Part shown: positions 1 to 12,319 of the stretch, piece after piece | Layout: each line of letters starts with the position of its first letter | How positions within the stretch are numbered: position 1 is the stretch's first letter | Origin: Octopus vulgaris | Lineage: Eukaryota | Reading direction: 5' to 3' | DNA: 64,000 nt | Assembly: GCA_951406725.2 (NCBI GenBank) | Contig: OX597815.1 | Location: 145,018,001 to 145,082,000, forward strand | Notes under the pieces: generated by a model | The model's database searches: none | What the model saw: the letters and a program-made list of their open reading frames with translations, nothing else | What the model was told of the DNA's origin: nothing | Position numbers and translations under genes: made by a program

Positions 1-620
1 TCTTCTCCTCATTCTCCTTCTCATTCTTCTTCTCGTTCTTCTTCTCGTTCTTCTTCTCATTCTTCTCCTCCTCTTCTTCTTCTCGTTCTTCTCCTTCTTG
101 TTCTTCTCATTCTTCTTCTCCTTCTTCTTCTCCTTCTCGTTCTTCTTCCCCTTCTTCTCCTTCTTCTCCTCTTCTTCTTCTTCTTCTCAGCAATGATAAT
201 GATGAATCATTAATATTTCTGTCCCCCTCACATCACGCCCCACCCACCCAATCAACCCCCGTCATTCAATCCCTCCCCCCTCCCCTTTATCATTTCCCTC
301 CATGTGTCCTTCGCTGCCACATCATAGTTTTGATCTCACAAAGCAATGCTTTATGTCTTTAATTCCTTGCAGTCTTACATTTCATTGTTATTGCTGTCGT
401 TGTCATTGCCATAATCACCATCATCATTGTCATCATCATCGTTGCCACTCTCATTATCATCATCATCTTCATCATCACTACTACCATGACAACCACCACC
501 ACCGCCATCAACATCACCATCTTTATCATTATCATCAGTGTCAACAGCTACATCAACAGCATCATCATCATCATCGTCGCACCGCCACCATCAACACCAC
601 CACCTCTCCCTGCCGTAAGA
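1..620. repeat. Degenerate (CTT)n and (CAT/CAC)n microsatellites
   Basis: Directly visible. They produce the spurious His-rich and Met/Val-rich ORFs. Confidence 0.9.
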
Positions 621-1616
621 TTTACGATTTCGCGGCTCTGTCTCCCTTCGTATCAAATTATTTCCCATCCTATTTCCTCCCCCCTCCCTCCTCCCACCCT
701 GATCTCCCGTCCACTCCCTCCCCCATCGTTGATAGCTATCTGTCCACAATTTGATAGCTGCCTGGGTGACACACAGACAGAACCAGTCACATGCTGGCTG
801 CCATATTTGATGCTGCAACAAGCATTAAGGACAATTATTAATTGGAAGGTAGCAGACTGACAGAAGCGGCAGAGCGTTGGGCCAAATGGTTTGCAGGATT
901 TAGTTACGACCCTTCATGTTTTGAGTTCATATCTTGTCACTTTTGCCTTTCAGTGTTTGTGGGTGGCAGGGAAGGAGCTGGTGTAACAAAGTACCAGTTA
1001 TGTATTTGGGGTTGGAGGCTCATTCAGTTGACCATAGTGTTTCCTCTCCCCTCCCTCCAATTTGTATCAGTGTTTGCTATTGCTTTTGGGTCATCATGGA
1101 GAGCAGCAGGGTTTATTAGCTGCTGCTGCTAGTATTTTTTGACCTCTTCTTCTCTTCTTTTCCTCCTCCCCTTCCCCATCCTTCCCCCTCCACCCTCCTC
1201 TTTCTTTTCTGCCTCTGCTTTTTCATCTTTTCCTCCTCCTCCTCGCATTGCTGCCTCCTTAACTTCTCTTCTTCCTCCTCCCCATCTCTTCCTCCTCCTC
1301 ATCCTCCTCCTCCTTCCCGCCCTCCTCCCTTCCTTTTCCTCCTTTCCTCTTCCTCCCTTTCTCTCCCCCTTCCTCCCTCGTCTCCACATCACATGATGGT
1401 TGTAAATGAGCATCACCATCGTTCGAGTGATGGTGTTTCTCTCCAGTCTTCCATGGAAAAAAAAACACTTACATATCTGGTGGGTGGGTGGGGAATATTA
1501 AGTTGTTCGGAAATGGGTCAGCATTGGCAACAGAGAAGGACAGCAAGATGTAGAAAATGTGTCTTCAACAAATTCCCTTAAAGCATGGAAGAGCAGATAT
1601 TAAATGATGATGATAA

Positions 1617-1663
<47 letters not shown>

Positions 1664-1665
<2 letters not shown>

Positions 1666-2040
1666 ACTCTTTTCTCTTTTATTCTTTTACTTGTTTCAGT
1701 CTTTTGAGTGTGGCCATGCTGGAACACCGACTTATTCTATCGGTCTCTTTTGCCAAACCGCTAAGTTATGGGGACAAAAACACACCAGTATCGGTTGTCA
1801 AGCGATGTTGAGGGACAAACACAGACACACAAACATACACACATACATATATATCTATATATATACATATATATGATGGGCTTCTTTCAGTTCCCGTCTA
1901 CCAAATCCACTCACAAGCCATTGGTTGGCTCGAGGCTATAGTAGAAGACACTTGCCCAAGGTCCCACGCAATGGGACTGAACCCAGAACCATGTGGTTGG
2001 TAAGCAAGCTACTTACCACACAGACACTCCCACACCTATT
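1664..2040 (-). mobile_element. tRNA-derived SINE family A (internal TA/CA microsatellite; tail CAGCATGGCC...GAAACAAGTAAAAGA)
   Basis: Same sequence as the near-complete copy at 36754-37198. Further copies or fragments at about 6963-7256, 8553-8735, 24014-24485, 24486-24850, 39178-39565, 40086-40335, 57554-57935, 58580-58950, 59830-60240 and 60770-61158. Confidence 0.8.
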
Positions 2041-2367
2041 ATTATATTAACTTTTCTATTCTTCTCCTGAGACTTTATAATTAATACACCCAGTAGTTTA
2101 GCAATGTTTCCCTTTGAAGACACCTTCTTCATTGTAACTTTGTTAATAAAACTCATACAGTTAATTACTGTGTAAGTGAAAACTGCTTCAATACCACATA
2201 TTTTGTTGTTTGCTAATCCTGTTCTTGTTTGTTTAGTTTTTTTCTGTGTTGCTTCTTTTAATTATCGTTTTGGATGCATTGCTTATATCACCTCTCCTGA
2301 TGCCACAGTCATCATCATCATCGTTATAGCTGTTGTTATTAAGACAGTGAGCTGGCAGAATTGTTGG

Positions 2368-3170
2368 CATCATCATCATCATCATTGTTTAACGTCTGTT
2401 TTCCATGCTGGCATGGGTTGGACAGTTTGACTGAGAATTGGCAAACCAGGCTCCAATCTGATCTGGCAATGTTCCTACAGCTGGATGCCCTTCCTAATGC
2501 CAACCACTCAGAGAGTGTAGTAGGTGCTTTTTATGTGCCACCGACATGGGAGCCAGTCAGGCGGCACTGGCATCGGCCATGTTCGGATGGTGCTTTTTAT
2601 GTGCCTCTGGCATGGGAAGCCAGTTAGGCAGCACTGGCAATGACCCATGCATGAATGGTGCTTATTGCATGCCACCAGCATGGGAGCCAGTCAGGTGGCA
2701 CTGGCATTGGCCACATTCGGATGGTGCTTTTTATGTGTCACTGGCACAGGAAATCAGTCAAGTGGCACTGGCAACGACCCATGCATAAATAGTGCTTATT
2801 GCATGCCACCAGCATGGGAGCCAGTCAGGTGGAACTGGCATTGGCCACGTTCAGATGGCGCGTTTTATGTGCCACCAGCGAGGAAGCCAGTCAGGCAGCA
2901 CTTGCATCGACCACAACTGCAATTTCTATTTTGATTTCGATTTGATTGAAATTCTGATTGATCTGAGTTTTAATTTTGATTTTACTTGACTCAATAGGTC
3001 CCCTCAAGCACGGCGTGTGACCTGATGATTCAAAGGTACTTCCCAAATGGGCTGGTCATACGACACTGGTATAAGCTATGGCTGTGATCTTACTTTACTT
3101 GCTGGGTCTTCTCAATCACAGCATATCTCCAAAGGTCTGTCTCTTGTCATTGCCTCTGTGAGGCCCAAGT
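2368..3170 (-). mobile_element. RTE LINE 3' fragment with tandem ~61-bp UTR units and (GAT)n tail
   Basis: Reverse complement of the 3' end of the RTE at 11750-12320. About six GGTGCTTTTTAYGTGCCACC-containing units between 2520 and 2910. Confidence 0.8.
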
Positions 3171-3752
3171 GAAATGCTGCAAAGCATTTTCTCTGTCTTT
3201 ATGTTCTAAGTTCAAATTCTGCGGAGATCAGCTTTGCTTTTTACCCCTTTGGGGTCAAGAAAATAAGTACCTGTTGAGTACTGAGGTCAGTGTAATTGAC
3301 CAGCACCCCACCTTCCCAAAATTTCAGGCCTTGTGTCTATACTAGAAAAGATTATTATTATTATTACTATCCACCATCATCATTTAACATCTGTTGTCCA
3401 TGCTGGCATGGATTGGACTATTTGATCAGGGCTGGTAAGCTGGAAGGATGCACCAGACTCCAGTCTCATTTGGCAAGGTTTTTCTATGGCTGGATGCCCT
3501 TGCTAACACCAACCATTCTGAGAGTGAAATGGGTGCTTTTACATGCCACCAGCATGGGTGCCATTTGTGTAACACCAGTATCTGCCATGACTGCCATTAT
3601 GCTGAGAGTTGGCATAAGACCTTTGGCATAACATAATGCCAAAGGTCTTAGTCATTGCCTCTGTGAGGCCTAACACTCAAAAGGAACTCAGCTACTTTGC
3701 CTCCATGAGGCCCAATGCTTGAAATTATTAATATTCTTAATATTATTGTTAT

Positions 3753-4491
3753 TGAGTGAGAGAACAGCATATGCCATCAAAGTGACACTGGGGTACAAAT
3801 ATACAAAGTGCAATATACCCACCATGATAGGGGTACACCAGGCACATGCATCACAACCATATGTGCATGACATGATGATCTCATATCAAGATAAACAGCA
3901 CACGACCATGCAGGTGGGGCCCTTTTAGAATTTTCTTCTGGTCGAGTAGCCCATCCCACACAAAAGGTCCTTGAATAAGGGTTGTTTAAGGATGTTGAAT
4001 GACACACCCATGTTTCCAAAGGTGATTTATCCAAACCCCAAAGAATCCCTCTCAACACATGGCTATGATGTTCCCCCACTACTGCTTATGATCAGAGATG
4101 CACATATCGTCAGTCACTAAGGGACATGCTCAACTGGTTATGGTCAAACAACTGATGGGTATTGAGCAGAATATTTGTTGTAGCCCATCTTTTATACTAA
4201 GACAAAAGAATTATTATTATTATTGAATGAGAGAGCAGTGCATGCCTTCAAAGTGACACTTCTGCTTGTAATCAGAGATACACATATCGTCAGCCACTAA
4301 GGGACATGCTCAATTTGTTAAGGTCAAACAACTGACAAGTAAATCTGTGGTATTGAGCAGAATAGGCCATCTTTTATACTTTTATGCTGTAGGCCATCTT
4401 TTATACCAAGACAAAACAATGTACATGATAACACTTCCAATCAGTTAAGATCAGAAGCCATGAGAGCCACTGCCTGGTACTGCAGCAGGAC

Positions 4492-4495
<4 letters not shown>
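3753..4495 (-). mobile_element. Non-coding interspersed repeat embedded in (TAA)n, with an internal partial duplication
   Basis: Both ends abut TTA runs. Near-identical segments recur at about 17725-17985 and 18068-18285, again flanked by TTA repeats. Confidence 0.65.
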
Positions 4496-4528
<33 letters not shown>

Positions 4529-4808
4529 TGGGTTGTGGAGTGGCAGAATCCTTGGAGCACTGGACAAAATGTTTAGTGGCATTTCATCTGGCTCTCTACA
4601 TTCTGAGTTCAAATCTTACCTAAGTCAACTTTGCAGTTCATCTTTTTTCAGGGTTTATAGAAGATAGTACCAGTTGCATACTTGGGCCAGTGATATTGAC
4701 TAACTCTCTCGTCCCCAAAATGTTTGTCTTGTACCTAAGTCAAAATCCATTATTCTTCCTGTATCTGTCCTGTTTATATTAATACATCTCCTCTTTTATT
4801 TATTTCAG

Positions 4809-4826
4809 GGTATTTGTCCAGATATT
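4809..4826 (+). CDS. POLR3B: POLR3B internal 18-nt microexon encoding GICPDI
   Basis: Pyrimidine-rich acceptor ...ctcttttatttatttcAG (AG 4807-4808), exon GGT ATT TGT CCA GAT ATT, consensus donor GTAAGT at 4827. Joins in phase 0 to ATA ATG AAC at 12873, giving the conserved RPC2 motif GICPDIIMNPHGxPSRMT. Confidence 0.9.
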
Positions 4827-4874
4827 GTAAGTATTAACAAAACTTTTCCAATCGGATTTCTTTTAACCCTAAGT

Positions 4875-5195
4875 AAATGCACATGGCTTTGTGGCTATTG
4901 TATTTGGCTCATGATCATAAGGTAGTGAGTTCAATTCCTGGTGACACGTGTCCTTGAGCAAGGCACTTTATTCCACACTACTCAAGTCCACTCAGCAGGC
5001 CAAAATTAGTTGTACATGTATTTCAAAGGGCCAGCCTTGTTTCACTCTGAGTTATACTGGCTCTCTCTGAGAACTACATTAGGGGTATGTCTGTCTGTGG
5101 AATACTCAGCCGCTTGCATGTTAATTCCATGAGCAGTCTGTTCTGTTGATTAAATTAACTGGAACACTCATTGTCATAACTGCCAGAGGGCCAGT
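4875..5195 (+). mobile_element. tRNA-derived SINE family C (Meta/MESC-like core TGTCCTTGAGCAAGxCACTTTATT)
   Basis: Diverged copy of the full-length element at 47104-47426. Others at about 10243-10388, 13932-14250, 30725-31005 (-) and 31155-31385. Confidence 0.7.
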
Positions 5196-6010
5196 TTAAC
5201 CCAAGGCTAGCTCTGATCAAATAGGCCTATCATCACAGTTGAGCCAGCACTGTCCATCTTGTCTCATTATTTTTTTTACCTGTAACTACATTAATTAATC
5301 TGCCCCTCTTTAATTTTTGTGAGTCAGTGGGGGTATGATTTGAAGGAAATTTGGCTTTTATTTCTAGCACTAAGGGGCTTTTTCATTGACCCTTGTTCAG
5401 AGTGACTTCTGTGTGTGTGCATATGTGCATGTGTGTGCATGTATGTATATATGTATGTGCATGTGCATGCATGTATGTATATATGTATGTGCATATATGT
5501 TTATATGTATGTACATGTGTGTGCATATGTATATGTGCATATATGTATATATGTATGTGCATGTGTGTGTATGTATGTATATATGTGTGTGCATATGTGT
5601 GTGTGCATGTATATATATATATATATGTGCATGTGTGTGCATGTATGTATATATGTATGTGCATGTATGTATATATGTTTGTATATGTGTGTGTATATAT
5701 GTGTTTGTGCCTCTTTGTCTGACATTGAGCATCACCACCGCACTATTAGTTCTTCGTTTCCAATCTTCCAGAAGTATTATCTTACCTGGAAGACAAGCTA
5801 AACAATAACATCATCATCATCATCATCAACAGTAATTAGGGAGCCTTTATATGGTTGTTGCACCTGCTAGAAATAACAGCTAAATCTCCTTCAAATCACT
5901 TCCTACTGTCTTTAAAAAATGAGACACAGATAAAAATAGTCAAGGCTAGAACACCTTTGATCATAGGTTTGCTTGAGTGTTATAAATCATTATTATTATT
6001 ATTATTATTA

Positions 6011-6346
6011 TGTCCGCTTTCGTTAAGGCGGAGGTATTGTTTTCAGTTGTGTTTGTTTGTCTGATTGTTTTTCTGTGGACAAGATATCTCAAGAACTGCT
6101 GGATAGATTCGGATGAAATTTTCAGGGATGTTTGGCCTCATGACAGGCAGGAATTGGTAAGATTTTGGGATCGATTCTGGATTACTTTTCCTGTTTTTTT
6201 TAACTGAAATTTGCAGTATTCTCATTTGTGAAAGCAGTCGAGTTTATTTCAGATATTCTCATTTTAAAAATCATCTCCAGCTAATCGTTGAGAGGACGTT
6301 GGTATTGCCTTGGAAGAGAGGTTTGCATTCTCTGAGTGCTCCTGTA
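6011..6346 (+). mobile_element. Non-autonomous Helentron-associated (HINE/DINE-like) element
   Basis: 5' TCCGC...GGCGGA short inverted motif, GTTT/GTCT microsatellite, GATATCTCAAGAAC...GGATGAAATTTTCAGG core, and a 3' GCATTC-TCT-GAGTGC hairpin. This layout is typical of HINE elements. Confidence 0.5.
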
Positions 6347-6351
6347 ATTAT

Positions 6352-6565
6352 TAAGGTAGCGAACTGGCATAAACGTTAGCATGCTAGGTGAAATGTTTTA
6401 CAGTATTTCGTCTGTCACTACATTCTGAGTTCAAATTCTGCCGAGGTCAATTTTGCCTTTCATCCTTTTGGGGTCGATAAATTTAGTACCAATTGAGTAC
6501 TGGGGTTGATGTAATTGATTATTCCCCTCCTCCAAATCTCAGGCCTTGTGCCTATAGTAGAACAT
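6352..6565 (+). mobile_element. tRNA-derived SINE family B (core GAGGTCGACTTTGCCTTTCATCCTTTCGGGGTCGATAAATTAAGTACCAG, Nin/Deu-like)
   Basis: A-box-like and B-box-like (GAGTTCAAATTC) head. Many copies, e.g. about 12588-12812, 17214-17430, 21963-22180 (-), 38928-39125, 43206-43748 (-) and 62742-62962. Confidence 0.8.
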
Positions 6566-6584
6566 ATTATTATTATTATTATTA

Positions 6585-6960
6585 TGCTAATTTAGTTTGC
6601 AGGTATTTTATCTTGAGGTTTGGTGACAAAAAAGTCTCCTGAAATCCCAAGAATCTTCCTTAGGATTCTGACAAAATGATGGTACTTTTCTGCAGGTCGA
6701 CAATGCAAGTTTCAATTCCAATTTCTTTCAGTCTGTTAGGTAGCATTTTGGGTGCTGTACCAAATACACCTTTACTACAGGAATAACTGTTGTCTTGGTC
6801 TTCCACAGTCTCTTCATATCTCAAGCTAAATCCTGATATTTTTTGACTTTTTCAATTTCTTTTGTATCGACTACTATTACAGGGAATTCCAAAGTCTATG
6901 ATCTTATACTGTGTGTTTATTTTGTCCTCTATGGTCACTTCTGGTCTTGCCTCAGTAGTG
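6585..6960 (-). mobile_element. R4/Dong-type (restriction-like endonuclease) LINE 3' fragment ending in (TAA)n
   Basis: Minus-strand translation with frameshifts: RPEVTIEDK..KIIDFGIP..KEIEKVKKYQDLA*DMKRLWKTKTTVIPVV.GVFGT..RLKEIGI..LQKS. This resembles the RLE domain. Confidence 0.7.
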
Positions 6961-7135
6961 TTCTTTTATTTGTTTCGGTCATTTGACTGTGGCCATGCTG
7001 GAACACCGCCTTTAGTTGAACAGATAGACTCCAGGACTCTCTATAAGCCTAGTACTTATTCTATTGGTCTCTTTCACTGAACCGCTAAGCTACAGGGATG
7101 TAAACACACCAGCATCGGTTGTCAAGTGATGGTGG

Positions 7136-7166
<31 letters not shown>

Positions 7167-7639
7167 TAGTACAAGACACTTGCCCAAGGTGTCATGCAGT
7201 GGGACTGAACCTGGAACCATGTGGCTGGTAAGCCAGCTACTTACCATACAGCCACTTCATCATTTTCTTTCACAGCCTCTGGTCCTCATTCACATCACTT
7301 TTCTATTGTTCTGAAGCCACACACTCAGCTGCTGCTGTGGTTGTTATTCAGGTGTAGACTAGTTTTTACCAGTTTATCTTGTTGTTACTGATGTGTGAGG
7401 TGGGGTGAGATAAGTCCCTCTTATGTCTCCTTAATATCTTGCCTCTGGCTCTGTTCAAATGGTCTACCTTTGTGTTTGTTGTTTTTGCTAAGCATTCATG
7501 GCTGTGTGGTTAAGAGGCTCTCTTTGCAACCATATGGTTTTCATGTTCAGTCCCACTCTATGTCTGGCCATGGGGAAATATTAGCTTGTCTGGTCACATG
7601 TAGGTGTTGGCAACAGGAGGGGCATTGAGCTATAGAAAA

Positions 7640-8535
7640 TATCATCATCATCATCATCATTTAATGTCAGTTGTCCAAGGTGGCCTGGGTTGGACAGTTT
7701 GACCAGGGCTGGTAAGCTGAGGGGTTGCACCAGATTCTAGCCTGATTTGGCATGGTTTCTACGACTGGATGCACTTACTAACACCAACCACTCCGAGAGT
7801 GTAATGGGTGCTTTTACATTCCATTGGCACAGGTGCCAGTTGTGTGACACCAGTATCTGCTACGACTACAATTCTACTTGGCTTGATGAGTCTTCTTCTC
7901 AAGCACAGCATATTGCCAAAGGTCTTGGTCATTTGTCATTGCTTCCATGAAGCCCAGTGCTCAAAAGGTGCTAGTTATGCAACACCAGCATCGGTGACAT
8001 TGCTACTGTGAGGCCCAATGCTTAAAAGGTGCTTTTTATGTGTCACTGGCACAGATGTCAGTTATGGGACACCAACAACAGCTACGGCTATGATTTCACT
8101 TGGCTTGATGGATGTTTTCGAGCATGGTATATCTCCAAAGGTCTTGGTCACTAGCCATTGCCTCTGTGAGGCCCAACATTTGAAGATCATGCTTCACCAC
8201 CTGATCCCATGGCTTTCTGGGTCTCCCTCTTCTACAGCTTTCTTCCACTGGTAGAGATTCACACTTCTTCACACAACTGTCCACATCCATACGCATCACA
8301 TGACCATACCAATGCAGCCGTCTCTCTTGCACACCACGTCTCATGCCTCTTATGTCCAGCTTTTCTCTTAAGATGCTTACACTGTTGAACATGCACACTG
8401 ACATAGGACATCCAGCGAAGCATACTGGCTTCATTCCTTTCAAGCCTACACATTTCCTCAGCAGTCACTGTCTATGTTTTACTGCTGTATTATGTGGCTG
8501 TTCGCACACAGGCATCATACAATCTGCCTTTCACT
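7640..8535 (-). mobile_element. RTE LINE 3' fragment (ORF C-terminus plus UTR)
   Basis: ORFs 8096-8443 and 8259-8468 (ERNEASMLRWM, RRLHWYGHVMRM, RGRPRKPW) are homologous to 11400-11830. Confidence 0.85.
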
Positions 8536-9190
8536 CTGAGGGAGAGGTCCTTTGTTGCTTGACAACCGATGTTGGTATGTTTACATCTCCGTAACTTATC
8601 GGTTCGGCAAAAGAGACCGATAGAATAAGTACCAGGCTTACAAAGAATAAGTTCTGAGGTTGATGTGTTCGACTAAAGGTGGTGCTCCAGCATGGCCGCA
8701 GTCAAATGACTGAAACAGAAAAAGAATAAAAGAATGTGAGTTAGTTGAAAAAAATATGTTGTTGAACTTGTTTTCTTGGGTTTTGGAAAGAGGATGTTTT
8801 ATGAATGGTTGAGAATTAAGAAAAATTCTGATGAATCCCCCAACGGGATGAAAGTGCTAAATAGTTTTTATCCAAATTCTGACCACCACCTTTTTCTTAA
8901 TATACAGAATCTGTACTCCATTTCAAGCAATCCACACTTACACACACACATGCACACAATCTTGTGAATAAACACAATAATATAACACTTGCATGGGTGA
9001 GATGGAACCTGCTGAGGCAGTTTTTCTACAGATGCCCTTCCTGTTGCCAATCTTGACCTGTTTCCAACCGAGGTAATATCTCCTCATAGCCCGACTTATG
9101 TTTCATGGATGATTGGAAACAAGCAACATTGCTTGTAATGGCAATGACTCTCATTTACAGCCATCACATGATGTCAAGACATGAGTGCAT

Positions 9191-9236
<46 letters not shown>

Positions 9237-10385
9237 CAGAGTTACCCATCAAAGCACAAGGCAAGGCTGTTTATGGAAGACCATCAGTCACCCATGCATA
9301 CCAGCCTCCCCTCTATGCCACCGATGTTATCCAAGGGAGAGGCAAAGGGGTCGATACAGCTTGGCACCAGTGATGTCACAACTCATTTCTACAGCTGAGT
9401 TAACTGGAGCAACGTGAAATAAAGTGTTTTGCTTGAGAACACAAGACGCAGCCTGGTCCGGGAATCAAACTCACTACCTCATGATTGGAACCTCAACACT
9501 CTAACCACTGAGCCATGTGCCTTCTCTTTCCATCTACCAAATCCACTCAAAAAGTTTATATTGTCATCATCATCCATCACCATTTAATGTCCATCTTCCT
9601 TGCTGGCATGGGATGGTTGGTTTGAAAGGAGCTGGGCAGCTCTTCAACTGACCAGCTCTTCAGCTGACCAGCTCCTGCCCATGTACGTTCTGGCATGGTT
9701 TCTGTGGCTGGATGCCCTTCCTAATGTCAACCACTTTACAGAGTGTACTGGGTGCTCTTACTATGCAGCACTGGCATTTTTACATGGCACCAACACCCAC
9801 GATCCCCGCACGATTAGGAATTCTCAGCTGGAGAGGAACACAGGAGACAAGCCTATATGCATGGACAACCGAGCTGTCCCTAGCTTGGCATGTCTTCTCA
9901 GGCACAGCAAACTGTCAGGAGTCTCCATCCCCTGTTATCCCCTTCTGTGAGATCATATAGGTGTACAATCATGTGAACTTACATAAAACCTGTTTCATGT
10001 CTGAATATCTTCTATTTTTAATTTTTAATACGATTACAATTTTTCAAACCATTAAATTCCTCTTTAAAGACATATATATATATTTTAAAAAATTTAGTAT
10101 TTACATCTGCACAAAAGGAATTAAGTAAAATTTTAATCTCTAAAAACGAGGTTAATAGTTTGGAAAATTGTAATGTGAATATACAACCATACAACCTTGT
10201 GAATACACATACAGCTATATATTTAAAACTGTGTAACCTTGTGAAGGCACATGGCTCAGTGGTTAGAGCGTTGAGGTTATGATCGTGAGGTTGTGAGTTC
10301 AATTCCCAGACAGGGCTGTGTGTTGTGTTCTTGAGCAAGACACTTTATTTCAGTTGCTCCAATTCACTCAGCTGTAGAAATGAGT

Positions 10386-12319
10386 TGCTACAAAGGGGAA
10401 GTTGACACATTAGATATGAATAATTACAGAGGTCTCAAGTTATTGGATCAGGTAATGAAAGGCACAGAGAGGGCCATAGACCAACTAATTAGGGAGAGAG
10501 TCAGTCTAGATGAGATGCAGTTTGGGTTTGTGCCAGGGAAACACACCACTGATGCTATATTTCTAGTAAGATAGCTGCAGGAGAAATACCTAGCCAAAGA
10601 TAAACCTCTATACCTGGCTTTCGTTGACATGGAGAAAGCCTTTGACAGGGTCCCCTGATCCCTTATCTAGTGGTCAATGCAGAAACTAGGGATAGATGAG
10701 TGGTTAGTGAGAGCTGTATAAGCCATGTAAAGGGATGATGTTAGTAAGGTGAGGGTTGGCAACAAGTATACTGAAGAATTCTGGGTAGGGGTAGGGGTCC
10801 ACCAAGGATCAGTCCTCAGCTCTCTCTTATTCATCATAGTCCTCCAGGCAATAACAGAAGAATTCAAGACATGATGCCCCTGGGAGCTTCTCTATGCTGA
10901 TGATCTTGCTCTAATAGCTGAGTCACTATCAGAACTAGAGAAGTTTCAGGTGTGGAAGCAAGGTCTAGAATCGAAGGACCTTAGAGTCAACCTAGTGAAA
11001 ACCAAAGTCTTAGTTAGTAGAAAGGCAGACAAACCACAAATCCCTTCGGATAGATGGCCTTGCTTGATCTGTAGAAAAGGTGTAGGTAGAAAATCCATAA
11101 GATGTACCCAGTGTAAGCTATGGACACATAAGCGGTGCAGCAATATCAAAGAAGGCTAACTGGGAAGATAGTTTTTGTATGTGGCAGATGCTCAGGAGCA
11201 ATAAACACTGGAAATGTGCAGAGAACAACTTCCATTACAGGCCAGGGGGGGAAAAACTACAAGTAGTTGATAGCTTCAGTTACCTAGGTAACCAAGTCAG
11301 TAGCTCTGTGAATGTAGCTGCTAGAATAAGAATAGCCTGGGCAAAGTTCAGAAAGGTACTACCTCTGCTGGTGACAAAGGGCCTCTTGCTCAGAGTGAAA
11401 GGTAGACTGTATGATGCATGTGTATGAACAGCCATGCTACATGGTAGTGAAACATGAGCCGTGACTGCTGAAGACATGCGTAAGCTTGCAAGGAATGAAG
11501 CTAGTATGTTCCGCTTGATGTGTAATGTTAGTGTGCATACACGACAGAGTGTTAGTGCCCTGAGAGAAAAGTTGGATTTAAGAAGCATCAAATGTGGTGT
11601 GCAAGAGAGATGACTGTGCTGGTATGGTCATGTGTTGCATATGGATGAGGACAGCTGTATGAAAAAGTGTCACACTCAAGCAATAGAGGGAACCTGTGGA
11701 AGAGGTAGACCCAGGAAGACCTGGGATGAAATGGTGAAGCATGACCTTCGAATGTTGGTCACCACAGAGGCAATGGCCTTTGGAGATATGCTGTGCTTGA
11801 GGAGACACCCAGCAAGGCAAGTGAGATTGTAGCCATGGCCTATGCCAGTGTGCATAACTGACCAATTTAAGAGTACCCTTCAATCATTGGGCAATAAACT
11901 GTGCTTGAGAAGACCTGTTGAGGCAATTAAAGTCATTGTCGTGGCTGATGCCAGTACCGCCTGACTGGCACCTGTGCCAGTGACACGTAAAAAGCACCTT
12001 TTCAGCAACATTGATGTCTGTCACACCTGACTGGTTCCCCTGCTGGTGGCACGTAAAAAGCACCATTTGAGCATGGTTGTTGACAGCCGTGCTGGTGACA
12101 TGTAAAAAGCACCATTCAAGCATGGTCGATGCCAGTGCCATCTGAGTAGCTCCCGTGCTGGTGGCACATAAAAAGCACCCTCTACTCTCTCAGAGTGGTT
12201 GGTGTCAGGAAGGATATCCAGCTGTAGAAACCTTACCAGATCAGATTGGAGCCTGGTGCAGTCATCAGTCAAACTGTCCAACCCATGCCAGCATGGAAAG
12301 CAGATGTTAAACAACGACG

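Noticed and set aside
302-860. His-rich and Pro/Thr-rich ORFs (also 26404-26886)
   Set aside because: Trinucleotide low-complexity tracts with no splice or homology support.
2520-2910. CRISPR-like regular repeat array
   Set aside because: The 'spacers' are homologous to each other, the array is part of a LINE 3' UTR, there are no cas genes, and the DNA is eukaryotic.
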